A stretch of 63,974 nucleotides of DNA, counting the filler, from Octopus bimaculoides (lineage: Eukaryota): NCBI RefSeq assembly GCF_001194135.2. It is 10 parts of 8 records of this genome, joined end to end, with 100 filler letters (N's around TTAATTAATTAA, not from the genome) between each part and the next. Parts side by side here need not be neighbours in the genome. Positions count along the whole stretch, not along the records: positions 59,280 to 63,974 come from NC_068987.1; 9 more parts are not named here. One strand, written 5' to 3'. The position numbers and the translations under genes were made by a program. Below are positions 63,940 through 63,974 of the stretch, piece after piece (the first letter of the stretch is position 1; every line of letters begins with the position of its first letter). The notes under the pieces were generated by a model, which was not told the DNA's origin, made no database searches, and saw nothing but the letters and a program-made list of their open reading frames with translations.

Positions 63940-63974
<35 letters not shown>

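Overview
This is an AT-rich, microsatellite- and retroposon-saturated animal genomic window with many N gaps. The SINE families and the repeat landscape fit an octopod cephalopod, but that assignment is inference. Two host-gene signals are supportable. (1) The last two coding exons of an ARFGEF3/BIG3 orthologue lie on the + strand: 47823 running into a gap at 48063, and 52449-52664. (2) An intact, intronless 376-aa EB1/MAPRE-family ORF at 18265-19395 (+) has a divergent CH domain, a 13-heptad Leu/Asn zipper and an EBH-like motif, but no EEY/F tail. It is probably a retrogene nested in a very large ARFGEF3 intron. Nearly everything else is transposon-derived: Penelope-like elements (one split by an R4/Dong RLE element inserted in its (AAT)n poly-Asn tract), RTE and CR1-like LINEs, an L1/Tx1-type ORF1, a Tc1 transposase, Helitrons including a 91-bp minimal element, MITEs, tRNA-derived SINEs, degenerate hammerhead ribozyme motifs, foldback hairpins and an unexplained ~840-bp AT-rich tandem repeat. 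All homology calls come from my recall of family motifs; no database search was run. Repeat boundaries are approximate unless a TSD or TIR is quoted.
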